Notes under the pieces: generated by a model | The model's database searches: none | The model's input: the letters and a program-made list of their open reading frames with translations, nothing else | What the model was told of the DNA's origin: nothing | NCBI RefSeq assembly: GCF_001194135.2 | Contig: NC_068996.1 | Span: forward strand, 28,714,949-28,751,734 | Reading direction: 5' to 3' | Length of the DNA stretch: 36,786 bases | From: Octopus bimaculoides | Taxonomy: Eukaryota | Made by a program: the position numbers and the translations under genes | Shown: positions 12,929 to 24,795 of the stretch, in pieces | How the letters are laid out: each line of letters starts with the position of its first letter | Position numbering within the stretch: position 1 is the first letter of the stretch

Positions 12929-14895
12929 TATAACAAAGATGATAAATAAGGAAAATGTAAAAATGATATACGACTTTAGATAAAATGAACTGGTAAGTGA
13001 CGATTTACTCTCCATTATAAAATACAATGATTGCCATACATGAAATAAAATAACAGGTTACAACAAAGATGTGTGAGAGACTTCAGGCTGGACCATTGAT
13101 CTTGTAGACAAAATTGATGTACTGTTTGGTAGTGTGTAGAGGCAGCCATTGGTCTGTTGGTCGTGTGGTATTCATACAACAATGATGTAGGAAGGTGTCT
13201 GGTGGAGATGAAAATGGAGACTGGCTGGTGTCAGAGATAAGTTGCATGTGGTCAGTGGCATGTGCCAGAGAACTAGAGCAGTTAAGAACTGTCATTCTTA
13301 CAGAGATCGGGAAGCTCCCAGAGCTGGTGATTGATTTCCCTTTGGACAGCTGGAAACCAACCAATATGAACAAGTTCGGCTAATCACAAGGTCATGTGAC
13401 TTGCTGGAACGAAAAGGCCTGTGGAGCCGATATCTAGGTATTTAAGTCTAAACAACTGCAACGAAAACATCTCACACATAATGACAGTGTAAATCACTTC
13501 TGCTACAGTTACTCCCCTGTGAGAACATTTGGCGTAGACAAATGTGCAATACACATCAAGAGACCGATAGCAGAAGAAAGAATGTACTGAAATGGTGTAC
13601 AAACAGTTGAAAACAATTGAAAAAATAAATTGTCCAAAATCTGCTGAAGCAGAAATAAAGCAAAGCAAAAATAAACATTTCAGGACCAAATGCAACATTC
13701 AACACTCAGTATTGATGTGTCAGAGTGGATAACATGAGGCAGAAAGCATGTATGTATGTTTGTATGTATGAACATTGAGCAAAAAATATTTGACAATCAA
13801 AAATGTGTCAACGAAATATTTAACAATCAAAAACAGGAATAATGTGAAAAAGGGGTCCTGAAAAGTGAAAACATGCGAAAAATATGTAAAGCCAGTCTTT
13901 TGAAAGTACAAACACGCAAAAAGTTCATTGTGTACAGAGAGTCCACTTTAAGATGTTAGTGAACACTATGGTAAATGGCAAAGAATAACACTACAAGTGT
14001 CATGATAAGAAGATGCAAGAATCCAAAATGGCACAGTAGAAGACAAGTGTTCCTTGAAAAAGGTGCACTGGAAATAAGAAAGCATCAAGGAATGTTACAT
14101 TCTTACTGGAAATGTAACTGCGCATTTTACAGCTATTTTCAGCAAGTAGATGACACTGTAAGAATGAAGTGACATCTCGTGAAACATGAAGAGAACTACC
14201 AAAAAGTTGTTAGGATAACATAGCCATCAAAACTTGATGGCTGAAAAATTCTTAGTTTTCCATGTGATAGAGCTGATAATGTAAGGGTTGTCATGAAGTT
14301 GAACATTGCAAAACCACATCGAGGCCACTAATTATAACAATAATGAGTAAATAAAAGAAATGGAAAATGATATACGACTTGAGAGGAAATGAACTGGTAA
14401 ACAACAATTTATTCTCCGTTATAAAATACAATGATTGCCATACATGAAATAAAATAAAACAACAGGTTACAACAAAGATGTGTGAGAGACTTCGTGGTTA
14501 GGCTGGACTGTTGATCTGGTAGATAAAATTGATGTACTGTTTGGTGGTGTGTAGAGGCAGCTGTGTAGTGTTCATACAGCAACAATGTAGGCAGGTGTCT
14601 GGTGGAGATGAACGCGAAGACTGGCTGGTGTCAATTACATCATTGTCAGAGACGAGATGTGTGTGATCAGTGGTGTGTGCTAAAGACCTAGAGCAGTGTA
14701 AGTAAAAACAAACTGTTGTGCCAATATGATTGGATGGCTGGAGACCAACCAATACAAACAAGTTCGGCTAATCACAAGGTCATGTGACCTGCTGGAACAA
14801 AAAGGCCTGTGGAGCCAATATCCAGATATTTAAGCCTAAACAACCATGATGGAAACATCTCACACATAATGACAGTGTAAATCATTTCTGTTACA
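12929..14895 (-). mobile_element. Non-autonomous LTR-like element: two ~570 bp direct repeats (12929-13507, 14333-14895) around an ~825 bp non-coding interior
   Basis: Repeats align along their length. Minus-strand termini are TGTA(A/G)CA...TGTTATA. Purine tract AGGGGAG (13512-13518, minus) precedes the 3' repeat. Flanks tggt/tggc give a 4-bp TSD with one mismatch. Confidence 0.72.
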
Positions 14896-15055
14896 TGGCA
14901 ATGTCCTCTACATTAATCTCTAGAAAACACCAAACAGAATGACTTCAGTTAAAACACTTTACTACATTATATTACCTTACATTAATATCTTACACTTCAC
15001 TTGACTACAAGATTTCTATATATTGAATCTACACTACTGAATATACATTAATGCT

Positions 15056-15276
15056 TTAACCCTTTAGCATTTAAACTGGCTATATCCAGCCCAAATATCC
15101 TATGTTTTATGTTCAAACTGACCAAATTCAACCTCTCACACCTACCCTATCATGTCATTGTAAAAATAAACAATCACATCATTGAAATGTAGGAGCAGCA
15201 AGATAATGCATGATTAATTCAAAAAGATGTGAGTAAATAAGCATTTGACAGAATAATCTGAATGCTAAAGGGTTAA
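15056..15276. mobile_element. piggyBac-type MITE (213 bp) with TTAA target duplication
   Basis: TTAA|CCCTTTAGCATT at 15056-15071 and AATGCTAAAGGG|TTAA at 15261-15276 form a perfect 12-bp TIR with TTAA on both sides. Confidence 0.85.
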
Positions 15277-15332
15277 AACAGTTAGGGATCTATCTTATAC
15301 ATTTATTAATATCTATGATCCTTAATTTTTAG

Positions 15333-15407
15333 GATATGCACACCTATGGGGGATCATTTTTATACCATCTTGGTGAAGGAGAACCACTTGTTGCTATTGG
15401 ATTTGTG
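15333..15407 (+). CDS. ETFDH: ETFDH exon (75 nt): [25 protein letters not shown]
   Basis: tttttag acceptor, gtaagt donor; conserved TYGGSFLYH motif. Confidence 0.96.
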
Positions 15408-15571
15408 GTAAGTAACTTTTACAACTTTGTTTCCTTTTGTTTTTTTCTTTGTTTCTTAAAAATTTGTTGGGGGGGGGGTTAAGCTTTATTGCTTGGAATA
15501 ATAGGTTTATATATGTGTGTATGTGTATCTATATGTGTGTGTGTGTGTGTATACTGGGGTCAATGGTATCC

Positions 15572-15862
15572 CATGCTGGGATACCATCAGGAAGAATTTT
15601 AAGTCAAATGAATTAACCCAAGTTCTTTTTTTTTAAGCCTTGTACTTATTCTATCAGTCTCTTTTACCAAACTGCTAAATTACAGGGTCATAAACTCACA
15701 ACACCAATTGTCAAGCAGTGGTTGGGAGACACACAGACATAAAGACACACACATATATGATATGCTTCTTTCCAGTTTCCATCTACCAAATCCACTTAAA
15801 GGCTTTGGTTAGCCCAAGGCTATAGTAGAAAGTACTTGCCTAAGGTACCACGCAGTGGGATA
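15572..15862 (-). mobile_element. SINE, degenerate copy of the family at 31063-31420
   Basis: Reverse-complement match: tacttattctatc, ccagtttccatctaccaaatccac, ctatagtagaa...cttgcctaaggtacc. Confidence 0.75.
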
Positions 15863-16774
15863 TATAAGTTAAATCTTTATGCATGAACTGCTAGTGTTTG
15901 TTATTTCTTCATCATGTGTCCATTCTATTTCTCCTCAGCTATTATTCAACCATGAACAAGCAAAGAGGAAATGAAAGAGGTTGATAAGTATGTGTGTGTA
16001 CACACACGCACATATACATTTGTATATTCTGTGAACTTTAGTGAAATGAAGTGAAATAGGTACATCTGGGAGTTGTAACTAGGTCACTAGACTCACTTTG
16101 CGCACTGTAAAGTACTCATTGTCACACACACGCTCATGTATTTGCTCTCCAGTAAACACACTGTAGAGTAGTGAGAACACTAGTCTTATGAGACAGAAGG
16201 CAACATATCTAGTGCAGTGACACAGTGAACTGCATTTGTACACCCAAAGTGAGGTGGTATGTAAATAAGTAGGGACAACATAAGTTCAAAGGAACCCATT
16301 ATACTCATCAAAGAAGTAACAGTATCCCTAGTGTTAGTACGACAATAAAATGCATCTAGTAAATTATGACTTTTGGCAACACCAACCTGGAAAACATTGC
16401 CTTAGGTCTAAATATAACTACATTGCTTGCTTTAGTCTGAACAATAGAACAGGTTGAACACTTACATGCTAGTGAAGAGGTTAGCAGCAAGAAGAATATC
16501 TGGCTGTAAACAAACCCATGCTACCTGTGATGACATGACCTCAGTTTAACATTTGCTTTTTTCATGCTGATACAGGCCAGGTGAGAATTTTTGAGATAGT
16601 ATTTTATGGTTTGATGCCCTTCTTGATGCCAACTCTGTTATTTATCTCATATGACATACAGGGAATGACCTGTCACCCTTGTTAACATGCAACAGAATGT
16701 AAAACTGACACAAAAAAAAGCATTAAATTATTAACTTATATATATTTTTTTCTTTTCCATGATTAAATATTTAG

Positions 16775-16918
16775 ATAGCTTTAGACTATCAGAACCCATA
16801 CTTAAATCCTTTTAAAGAATTCCAAAGATTCAAGACTCACCCTAGCATCAAGAGTATGTTGCAAGGAGGAAATAGAATAGCGTATGGTGCCAGAGCTTTA
16901 AATGAAGGTGGCCTTCAG
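16775..16918 (+). CDS. ETFDH: ETFDH exon (144 nt): [23 protein letters not shown]...[15 protein letters not shown]
   Basis: atttag acceptor, gtaaac donor; conserved LDYQNPYL and [10 protein letters not shown] motifs. Confidence 0.97.
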
Positions 16919-18034
16919 GTAAACTATTTTTTTATTCATTTCTTATTTGTTGTTGCTTAGCCATAGATCAGCTTTAATTGATTGAGTTTTTTTATTAAAG
17001 TGCTGTATCTAGTGCAGTATTATTTTGGGTGTATGTGCGTGTGCAAACTTCTTTCCAAGTTTTAAGATTAAGAATGTAATTTGAGGGAGATTCTATACAG
17101 TTGAATAACCAGGTAAAGGCCACTCTCTCTGAATCAATATCTTTAATTTGGTTGTTGTGACAATTGTGATGCGATGTAAATTATAGAAATTTCTCCGTTT
17201 TAACTTGCCTCATACTGACTCACATCATTTAACCAATCAAAAAATTAAATGCTAAGTTATTACCTGAATCTGCTGTTAGATTGTAACACAAAATGCCTTG
17301 CAGTATTTGTTCTGGCTGTTTTACATTCTGAATTGAAATCTCACTGAGGTCAGCTTTGTCTTTCATTTTCCCATGATTAATAGAATAAAGTCTCAATGAA
17401 GTTGTGAAGTCAATTTAACTCTCTTCCTCTCTCAAAATTTTGGCTTTGTGCCTATGTTAGAAGTTATCATGTGGTTTTACATTTACTGAGAAGCAGAACC
17501 ACAAGTGACATTAGTAATCACTATGGCCACGTGATAATAGCTGATAACTAGAGTAGAGGTAGATAGATGATGGTGATGTGGTCATATGACAATAGTAGGT
17601 CGTTGCTACAGTAGATATTGTTGTTATTATTTACCCCAGTGGAACTCTAATTGAAGAAACTTTAAATCAAAGACATTCCAACTAAGGTACAAGGAATCCA
17701 GAACCACATTATCCAACATGTCCAGGGTGTGTTTTAAGTGAGATATGCCGGCTATTTCATCATATCAAGCAACCACTCAGAAGCTTCCACAGTAGCTTGC
17801 CATACTTGGCTTAAATATTGATGGTATGTGCTTATGATGGTAATGGATGGTGCAAGTGTATAGGCTAATGATATATGTTAATGAGTGGTTGTTAGAGTAA
17901 TGGTAGTTGATAGTCATATTACATGTGATATTAGTAGTAGTACATGGTAGCTAATGACTACATTGATGTAAACATACACCAACTCTATCACTGTTATAGT
18001 TAACATCTCAATTATTCTGTTCTTGCTTCTAAAG

Positions 18035-18197
18035 AGTATACCCAAACTTACATTCCCTGGTGGCTGCCTCGCAGGTTGCAGCCCTGGATTTATGAATGTA
18101 CCAAAAATTAAGGGTAGCCATAATGCCATGAAGACAGGGATGCTGGCTGCTGAAGCTGTTTTCGATATCATTGCAGAGGATCCAGATTCTGCAGCAG
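18035..18197 (+). CDS. ETFDH: ETFDH exon (163 nt): [43 protein letters not shown]...DSAA(G)
   Basis: ttctaaag acceptor (AAG), gtaaga donor; overlaps ORF 18023..18235; conserved [13 protein letters not shown] motif. Confidence 0.96.
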
Positions 18198-18744
18198 GTA
18201 AGAATTACCTTTCATTTAAAATTTTTTTTCTTTAGTTCAAAAGATGAAGGGGAAGAGTAATGTTTTTCTCTTCCTTTTTCTTTTAGTAAGAAGGAAAGGC
18301 AACACCTATGCCCTATTACAGGACCTCCAGGGCTGGTGAATGGGAGGGAGGAAGATGTCCTCAAACTGAATATCTGGCCCTAATGCTTTACAATAAAGTG
18401 AATTTTCCTGAAGGCATCTAAAATGCCAAGTAGTGGTGTTTAACCGATTAAGTAAACCATCCAAGTAGTCCATGTTAGGATTTGAACTCAGGATGTTAAG
18501 AGCAGGAACAAATACTGCAAGACATACAATCCAATATTCTTGCAGTTTTGCCAGTCTCTCACCCCTGGACTGGTACTTGTTTTTATCATCCCAGAAAAGA
18601 TGAATGACAAAGATGGCTTTGTTGGGATTTGAACTTGGAGCACAGAGAGTCAGAATAAATACTACTAGGCATTTTATCTGACACTCTAATGACTCTGCCA
18701 ATTTGCCACACTAAAGATTATGCACAGGTAGAGTAAACACTAGA

Positions 18745-19280
18745 AATATACAGAAAATAGACTCCATCAAATACCAGAAGGGATACCTAGAAGTAGTTGA
18801 TAGCTTTTGTTATCAAGGTGACTAAGTCAGTAGCAGAAGTGGATACTCTGAGAGCAAAGCTGCTACAATAAGAATAGACTGGGCAAAGTTCAGAGAGCTT
18901 CTACTTTTGTTGACAACAAAGGGCTTATTGCTCAAAGTAAAAGGCAGATTGTGTGATGCCTGTGTGCAAGCAGCCATGCTACACAGCAATGAAATATTGG
19001 CTGTGACTGCAGAGGACATACAAAGGCTTGAAAGAAATGAATCTAGTTTGCTCTGCTGGATGTGGCAATGTCATTATGCATGTACAATTGAGTGTAAGTG
19101 TCTTGAAAGAAAAATTGGGCATAAGCGGCATCAGATGTGTGCAAGAAAGGTATCTGCGCTGGTATGGTTATGTGATGTGTATGGACAAGGAGAGCTGCAA
19201 AAAAAGTGCCAATCTCTAAATGTGGAGGAAACTTGTAGAAGAGGTAGACCCAGGAAAACATGGGACAAGGTGCTGAATAT
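18745..19280 (+). mobile_element. RTE LINE 3' coding fragment (same family as 32650-34652)
   Basis: LEVVDSF, WAKFRELL.LLTTKGLLLKVKGRLCDACVQAAMLH, LRWYGYV and RGRPRKTW motifs; aligns with 33470-33910. Confidence 0.85.
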
Positions 19281-19733
19281 TTAGAATCTCACTGTTCTGA
19301 TTTCAAATCATGTACCTGAATTGAATCAGAGACAAATCAAATTACCAGTCTATGATTATATTTGAATAGGGTAAAAACTATTTGCTGGTGTGCCTTGATG
19401 ATACACATGTAAGATTTTCTATATATGTATAAAGATGAGAATGTCTGTCTGTCTGTGTGAATCCCTAAAACTTGAGAACTACCCAACCGATTTCATTCAA
19501 ATTTTACACATGTGTTACTTAGGGTCCATGCAGTGTCATGAGCCAAAAAAATTTTCAACTTCTTGCCTAAAGCAAGTCCAGAGCAATCTCTTATACTATT
19601 TCAGTATTATGTGTCAAAAGTGAAACAATAACATCTCTATTGTAATGTAAGATAATACTTTCACTATGTATATATATATTAGTTTCATATCACTTTCCCT
19701 ATGATATATTTATGTATGTATGTGTGTATATGT

Positions 19734-20203
19734 ATCATCATCATCATCATCGTTTAACATCCACTTTCCATGCTAGCATGGTTGGACGATTTGACTGAGG
19801 ACTGGTGAACCAGATGGCTATGCCAGGCTCCAATCTGATTTGGCAGAGTTTCTACAGCTGGATGCCCTTCCTAACGCCAACCACTCCCAGAGTGTAGTGG
19901 GTGCTTTTACGTGCCACCGGCACGAAGGCCAGTCAGGCAGTACAGGCAATGGCCACGCTCAAAATGGTGTATTTTATGTGCCACCTGTACAGGAGCCAGT
20001 CCGGTGGCACTGACAATGACCTCACTCGAATGTCTTTTCATGTGCCACCAGCACAAGTGCCAGGAAGGCGACGCTGGTAACGATTACGCTCAAATAGTGC
20101 TATTTACTTGCCACTGGCGCAGAAGCCAGACAGCTGCTCTGGCAACAATCACGCTCGGACGGTGCTCTTAGTGCTCCACTGGTACAGGTGCCATCACGAT
20201 TTC
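19734..20203 (-). mobile_element. RTE 3'UTR copy with (CAT)n tail, antisense to ETFDH
   Basis: Reverse complement of 34200-34652, including tttctacagctggatgcccttcctaacgcca and the tail. Confidence 0.85.
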
Positions 20204-20778
20204 TGTTGTTTAATCTTATATCTCACATTCTGTATTTGACATATACTTAATTTTACATGATTGATATATATACTAATCCATATTTATAATGTATAATTTA
20301 TAAATTTTAATTTTTAATATTACAAAATATAATTTTTATTCTTAATTTTTTTTAATTCATAATTTTTAATCTTTAATGCTTGTATTGCTTATTTTTAAAA
20401 GGATGTAAAATTAGATATATAATATTTTGAAATAGAACCTGAAGATGAATTGGAATAATTGTAAATCTGACGATTGCATATATGTATTTATATATGTATA
20501 TATATATAGGTATACAGTTGTGTATATGTATATATATTGTAATCTTCCAATACTGAAACATGTATAGTTCCTTCATATTTAATAAATATAAGTATTAACT
20601 AAAGTATGATATAATTAATGAAGTATATTATATACCCTGCTGGTAATTTTGGTTATATCCTTTAAGTATTATTTTGTGATGTGCAAATTGATACCATAAG
20701 TTTACTGTCAGATATTCTCATTAGGTTGTTTTTGTATTATCTGAAATAGAATACCCACATATCGATTAATCCCCCCAA

Positions 20779-20814
<36 letters not shown>

Positions 20815-20815
<1 letters not shown>

Positions 20816-21816
20816 GACACTAAACTCCACTTGCGAAGACCTGTTGAGGCAAGTGAAATCGTAATCAAGTTAAATTCGACGACTGGCACCCATGCCAACG
20901 TCGTCTCCTTCATTGGACACGAAACTCAGCTTGCGAAGATTTATTGGGGCAAGCGAAAGCGAAATCGTGAAGGCACCTGTGCCCAGCGTCACCTTTCTGG
21001 CACTTGTGCCCGTGGCATGTGTAAGGACTTTTGAGAAAGATCGTTGCCAGTGCCCCTGGACTGGCTCTTGTGCGGGTGACACATAAAATACACCATTTTG
21101 AGTGTGGCTGTTGTCAGTACCGTCTGAGTGGTTGGCGTTAGGAAGGGCATCCAGCTGTAGAAACTCTGCCAATTGGAAATATGCTGTGCGTGAGAAGACC
21201 CGGCAAGCCAAGTGAGACCTAAATCTAAGGCCTCAGCCAGTCCACTTATGCGTACCTTCTTTCATTGGACACTAAACTCCACTTGTGAAGACCTGTTGAG
21301 GCAAGTGAAATCGAAATCGAGTTAAATTGGACACTAAACTCCACTTGCGAAGACCTGTTGNNNNNNNNNNNNNNNNNNNNNNNNNNNNNNNNNNNNNNNN
21401 NNNNNNNNNNNNNNNNNNNNNNNNNNNNNNNNNNNNNNNNNNNNNNNNNNNNNNNNNNNNNNNNNNNNNNNNNNNNNNNNNNNNNNNNNNNNNNNNNNNN
21501 NNNNNNNNNNGCATGTTTAAGGACTTTCGAGCGAGATCGTTGCCAGTGCCCCTGGACTGGCTCTTGTGCAGATGGCACATAAAATACACCATTTGAGCGT
21601 GGCCGTTGCCAGTACCACCTGACTGGCCTTCGTGCTGGTGGCACGTGAAAGCACCCACTACACTCTCTGAGTTAGGAAGGGCATCCAGCTGTAGAAACTC
21701 TGCCAAATCAGATTGGAGCCTGGTGTAGCCATCTGATTTCATCAGTCCTCAATCAAATCATCCAACCCATGCTAGCATGGAAAGCGGACGTTAAACGACG
21801 ATGATGATGATGATGA
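20815..21816 (+). mobile_element. Two tandem partial RTE 3'UTR copies ending in (GAT)n, spanning an N gap
   Basis: Match 33985-34652 (gagaagacccggcaagccaagtgagac; ggacactaaactccacttgcgaagacctgttg). The first copy breaks near 21173 and the second restarts from an earlier position. Confidence 0.8.
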
Positions 21817-23324
21817 TTCAGTGAATACTACATAGCTTGTTTCAGCACTAATGGGTGAAGGAACAGGGTTTTATAATTGTGTAAACCTGAAAATATTTCT
21901 GATAAATAATTGTTATATCTAAATGGATAGTTTATATTATGTATAAGAATATAGTTTTATAGATGTGAAACATAGAGATAAGCTGTTGACACGCATAAGC
22001 ACAAAACAGTGTATGAAGGATATCATAAAAAGTATTTTGGGATTTTAACCAATAGAGAACATGTCACTCTAACATTTGAATGCACAAGCCAGCAAGTTAA
22101 CCTCCATATAGTTATTCCATCTGCTAGAAACAGCAGCTAAGCTTCTTTCTAATCACACTGTACTGTCTTTAAAAAATATGGGACGAGTGCATTAGTTAAT
22201 GTAGATCTTGATTACATTATGCCACAATGCCTGGAATAAAAGAAAACAATGAAATGGACACAGCTGGAATTGGTCAAGCCTTACATGGTAGCTAAATATC
22301 AACTACAGTATCTGAAATTTTGTGATTTGAACCCATGTTTTATTTGTAGTTAGACTGTTTTATGTGTATGTGTGTTCACACATGCACACACACATACATA
22401 TAAAAGGAGAAATAACTATCATTAAAGCATTAGACTTTCTTTTTCTAACTCTCTGTGACCCAAATTCACATCCTACAGACACCAACTTAACTTTTTGATC
22501 CCTTTCTCTCTCTCTTTGTGGGAGGGAGGGGTTGATAAAAGTACCATCCCATACCCCCAACATAAAGTACCAATCCAGAGCAGTGGATTGGTGGAATTGG
22601 AAGGACATGAGATGTGGCTTGTTCTCTTTGCATTCAGGAATATCTCCAGTGATACCATTGTCGAGCTTTCCTTTGGACATCATCAGTGATACAAAGAAAA
22701 GAGACAGAAAATACACCTTGCTCAGGCCTGTTCTTTGGGGAGCAACTTTGCTGATGTGGAAACACATAGTAAACTATGGCTAATGGAGGCCATGTGTATG
22801 TGTGTAACAGATAGTTACACATATCAACATGTATGTGTGAGTATGTATGTAGTTAGATAGGTAGATAGATAGATAGATAGATAAACGTATTACATGAAGA
22901 AGGTTACAAAACAGATGTAATTACGGAAGTCAAATGGAAAAATAAATCCATCACATCTGACAACCCTGATTTTATACTTTATATATATATCTGGAGAAAA
23001 TCTCTGGAGGGGGTTACTGTCTTTAAAATGATAAAGGTTCACTGAACAATGTAGTTCCTACTAAATAATATATATTGATCAGTATTGATCTTGGGCTCAG
23101 CAGAGTAAATTACTCTGCTGTTGATATTGACTTCTTTTTTCCTATGTCAGCTAAATTTTAATTTGATTTCATTGGCTGCTTGGATCTTTCATTGCTAACT
23201 TGTCAAAATGTTTACTTATTTAGGTTTTGTTTTTTTGTTGTTGTTGTTTGTTTTTTTTTGTGGAGGGTGTCTTTCTTTCAAATTGTAAAATATTCAAAAA
23301 ATTTTTTCAACTGTCTTTTTCTAG

Positions 23325-23507
23325 GAAAAGAACCACTAGAATATGAAACTGCTTACCGAAACAGTTGGGTTTACAAAGAACTTAAAGCCATTCGCAATGT
23401 CCGACCCGCGTTTCATTCCAGGTTTGGACTGTTTGGGGGTCTAATGTACACAGGAATATTTACTTGGCTCTTACAAGGAAAGGAACCATGGACACTCTCA
23501 CACAATG
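23325..23507 (+). CDS. ETFDH: ETFDH exon (183 nt): (G)KEPLEYETAYRNSWVYKELKAIRNVRPAF...EPWTLSHN(G)
   Basis: tttctag acceptor, gtaagg donor; overlaps ORF 23180..23596; SWV.KEL..IRN.RP and EPWTL motifs. Confidence 0.96.
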
Positions 23508-23780
23508 GTAAGGAAGTGTTTCATACAAACAATAAACCCAGACCAGTAAGGTTTGTTGTATTGTCAGTAGAATGTGGTAGATGTGTCTGGACCTGATGAG
23601 AGAGAGTGTATTGTTAGGATGGTGTTGTAGATGTATCTGAACTGAGTAGAACAGATAGTGGTTTTAGGATGGTGTTGTATTAGTGTTGTAAATATGTTAG
23701 AACTGAGTGGGATGGATGGTGTTGTGTTAGTGATTTGGAGTGTTGTAAATGTGTCTAGACTAAGTGGAAGATACAATATT

Positions 23781-24182
23781 CTTTTCTACTCTAGGCACAA
23801 GGCCCGAAATTTTGGGGGAGGGGACCAGTCAGTTGGATGCACAACTGGTACTTGATTTGTCAAGCCCAAAAGGATGAAAGACAAAGTCGACCTCAGCGGA
23901 ATTTAAACTCAGAACGTAAAGACAGATGAAATACCGCTAAGCATTTCGCCTGGTGTGCTAATGTTTCATATTTCTTTATTGCCCACGAGGGGCTAAACAT
24001 AGAAGGGACAAAGGGATCAAGTCGATTACGTCGACTCCAGTGCATAACTGGTACTTAATTTATCAACCCCGAAAGGATGAAAGGCAAAGTTAACCTCAAC
24101 AGAATTTGAACTCAGAACGTAACGGCAGACGAAATACCGCTAAGCATTTCGCCCGGTGTGCTAACCTTTCTGCCAGCTTGCC
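23781..24182 (-). mobile_element. Two adjacent tRNA-type SINEs sharing a head but with different tails (23781-23967; 23971-24182)
   Basis: Both contain aaaggatgaaag.caaagt..acctc..c.gaattt.aactcagaacgtaa...gaaataccgctaagcatttcgcc. Tails differ (ctaggcacaaggccc vs ttattgcccacgaggggc). Confidence 0.85.
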
Positions 24183-24795
24183 ACCTCGGCAGATACAATT
24201 TTGTTGTTAGGATAGTGTTGCAGTAAAATTGGTTTCTGAGTCTTGTTGGCAGTGTAAATGTTCTGGTTGTTGAGTATTCCCAGTTAATTTTGGTTCAGTA
24301 AATCTATGGTAAAAGAGACAACTTACCTACAAAACTGAACATAGAAATATAAGATCTTGAGGGAGATTTAGCTGCTATATTAAGTAGGTCAAGTGACTTC
24401 ATGGAAGCTTCCACTCTGAGCTATATGGTCCTTATTTCAAAGTTAGTAAGGGAAATTGACTGCTATATTGGTCAATAAATAAGTCAAGTAACTGTATAGA
24501 AACTCCCTTTTTGGTTCGTATGGTTCCTTTTTTAAACACAGTGGCAATTTTGTTCAGGATAGAAATGATAGCTATGTTGAGTAAGATCAAATGGCTAAAT
24601 AGGAAAACTTCCCAGTATTTCATGGTGTGCATGTGCAGTGATGGGAAGCGGGTATCAGTTGAGTCATTCATTTCCACCTGAATGTTATCTGAAATTTATA
24701 CTGATTTTTATGTTTCATGTTTTCCATCAAATGCAATACATTAAGTCATTTTTGGTTTTATATATTCTTGTACTTTTCACATTTTTCTCACCTAG

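Noticed and set aside
13083-14761. Similar ORF pair 13083..13373 and 14498..14761 as duplicated genes
   Set aside because: They lie in the two LTR-like repeats, differ by frame-breaking indels and show no recognisable domain.
16769-16778. Tandem alternative acceptor (ttagatag); also aaagag at 18031-18036
   Set aside because: The downstream AGs would shift the frame by 4 or 2 nt, and there is no evidence of use.
23811-24182. tRNA genes
   Set aside because: A/B-box-like motifs belong to SINE heads (also 30583-30804 and 31063-31420); no complete cloverleaf could be read.
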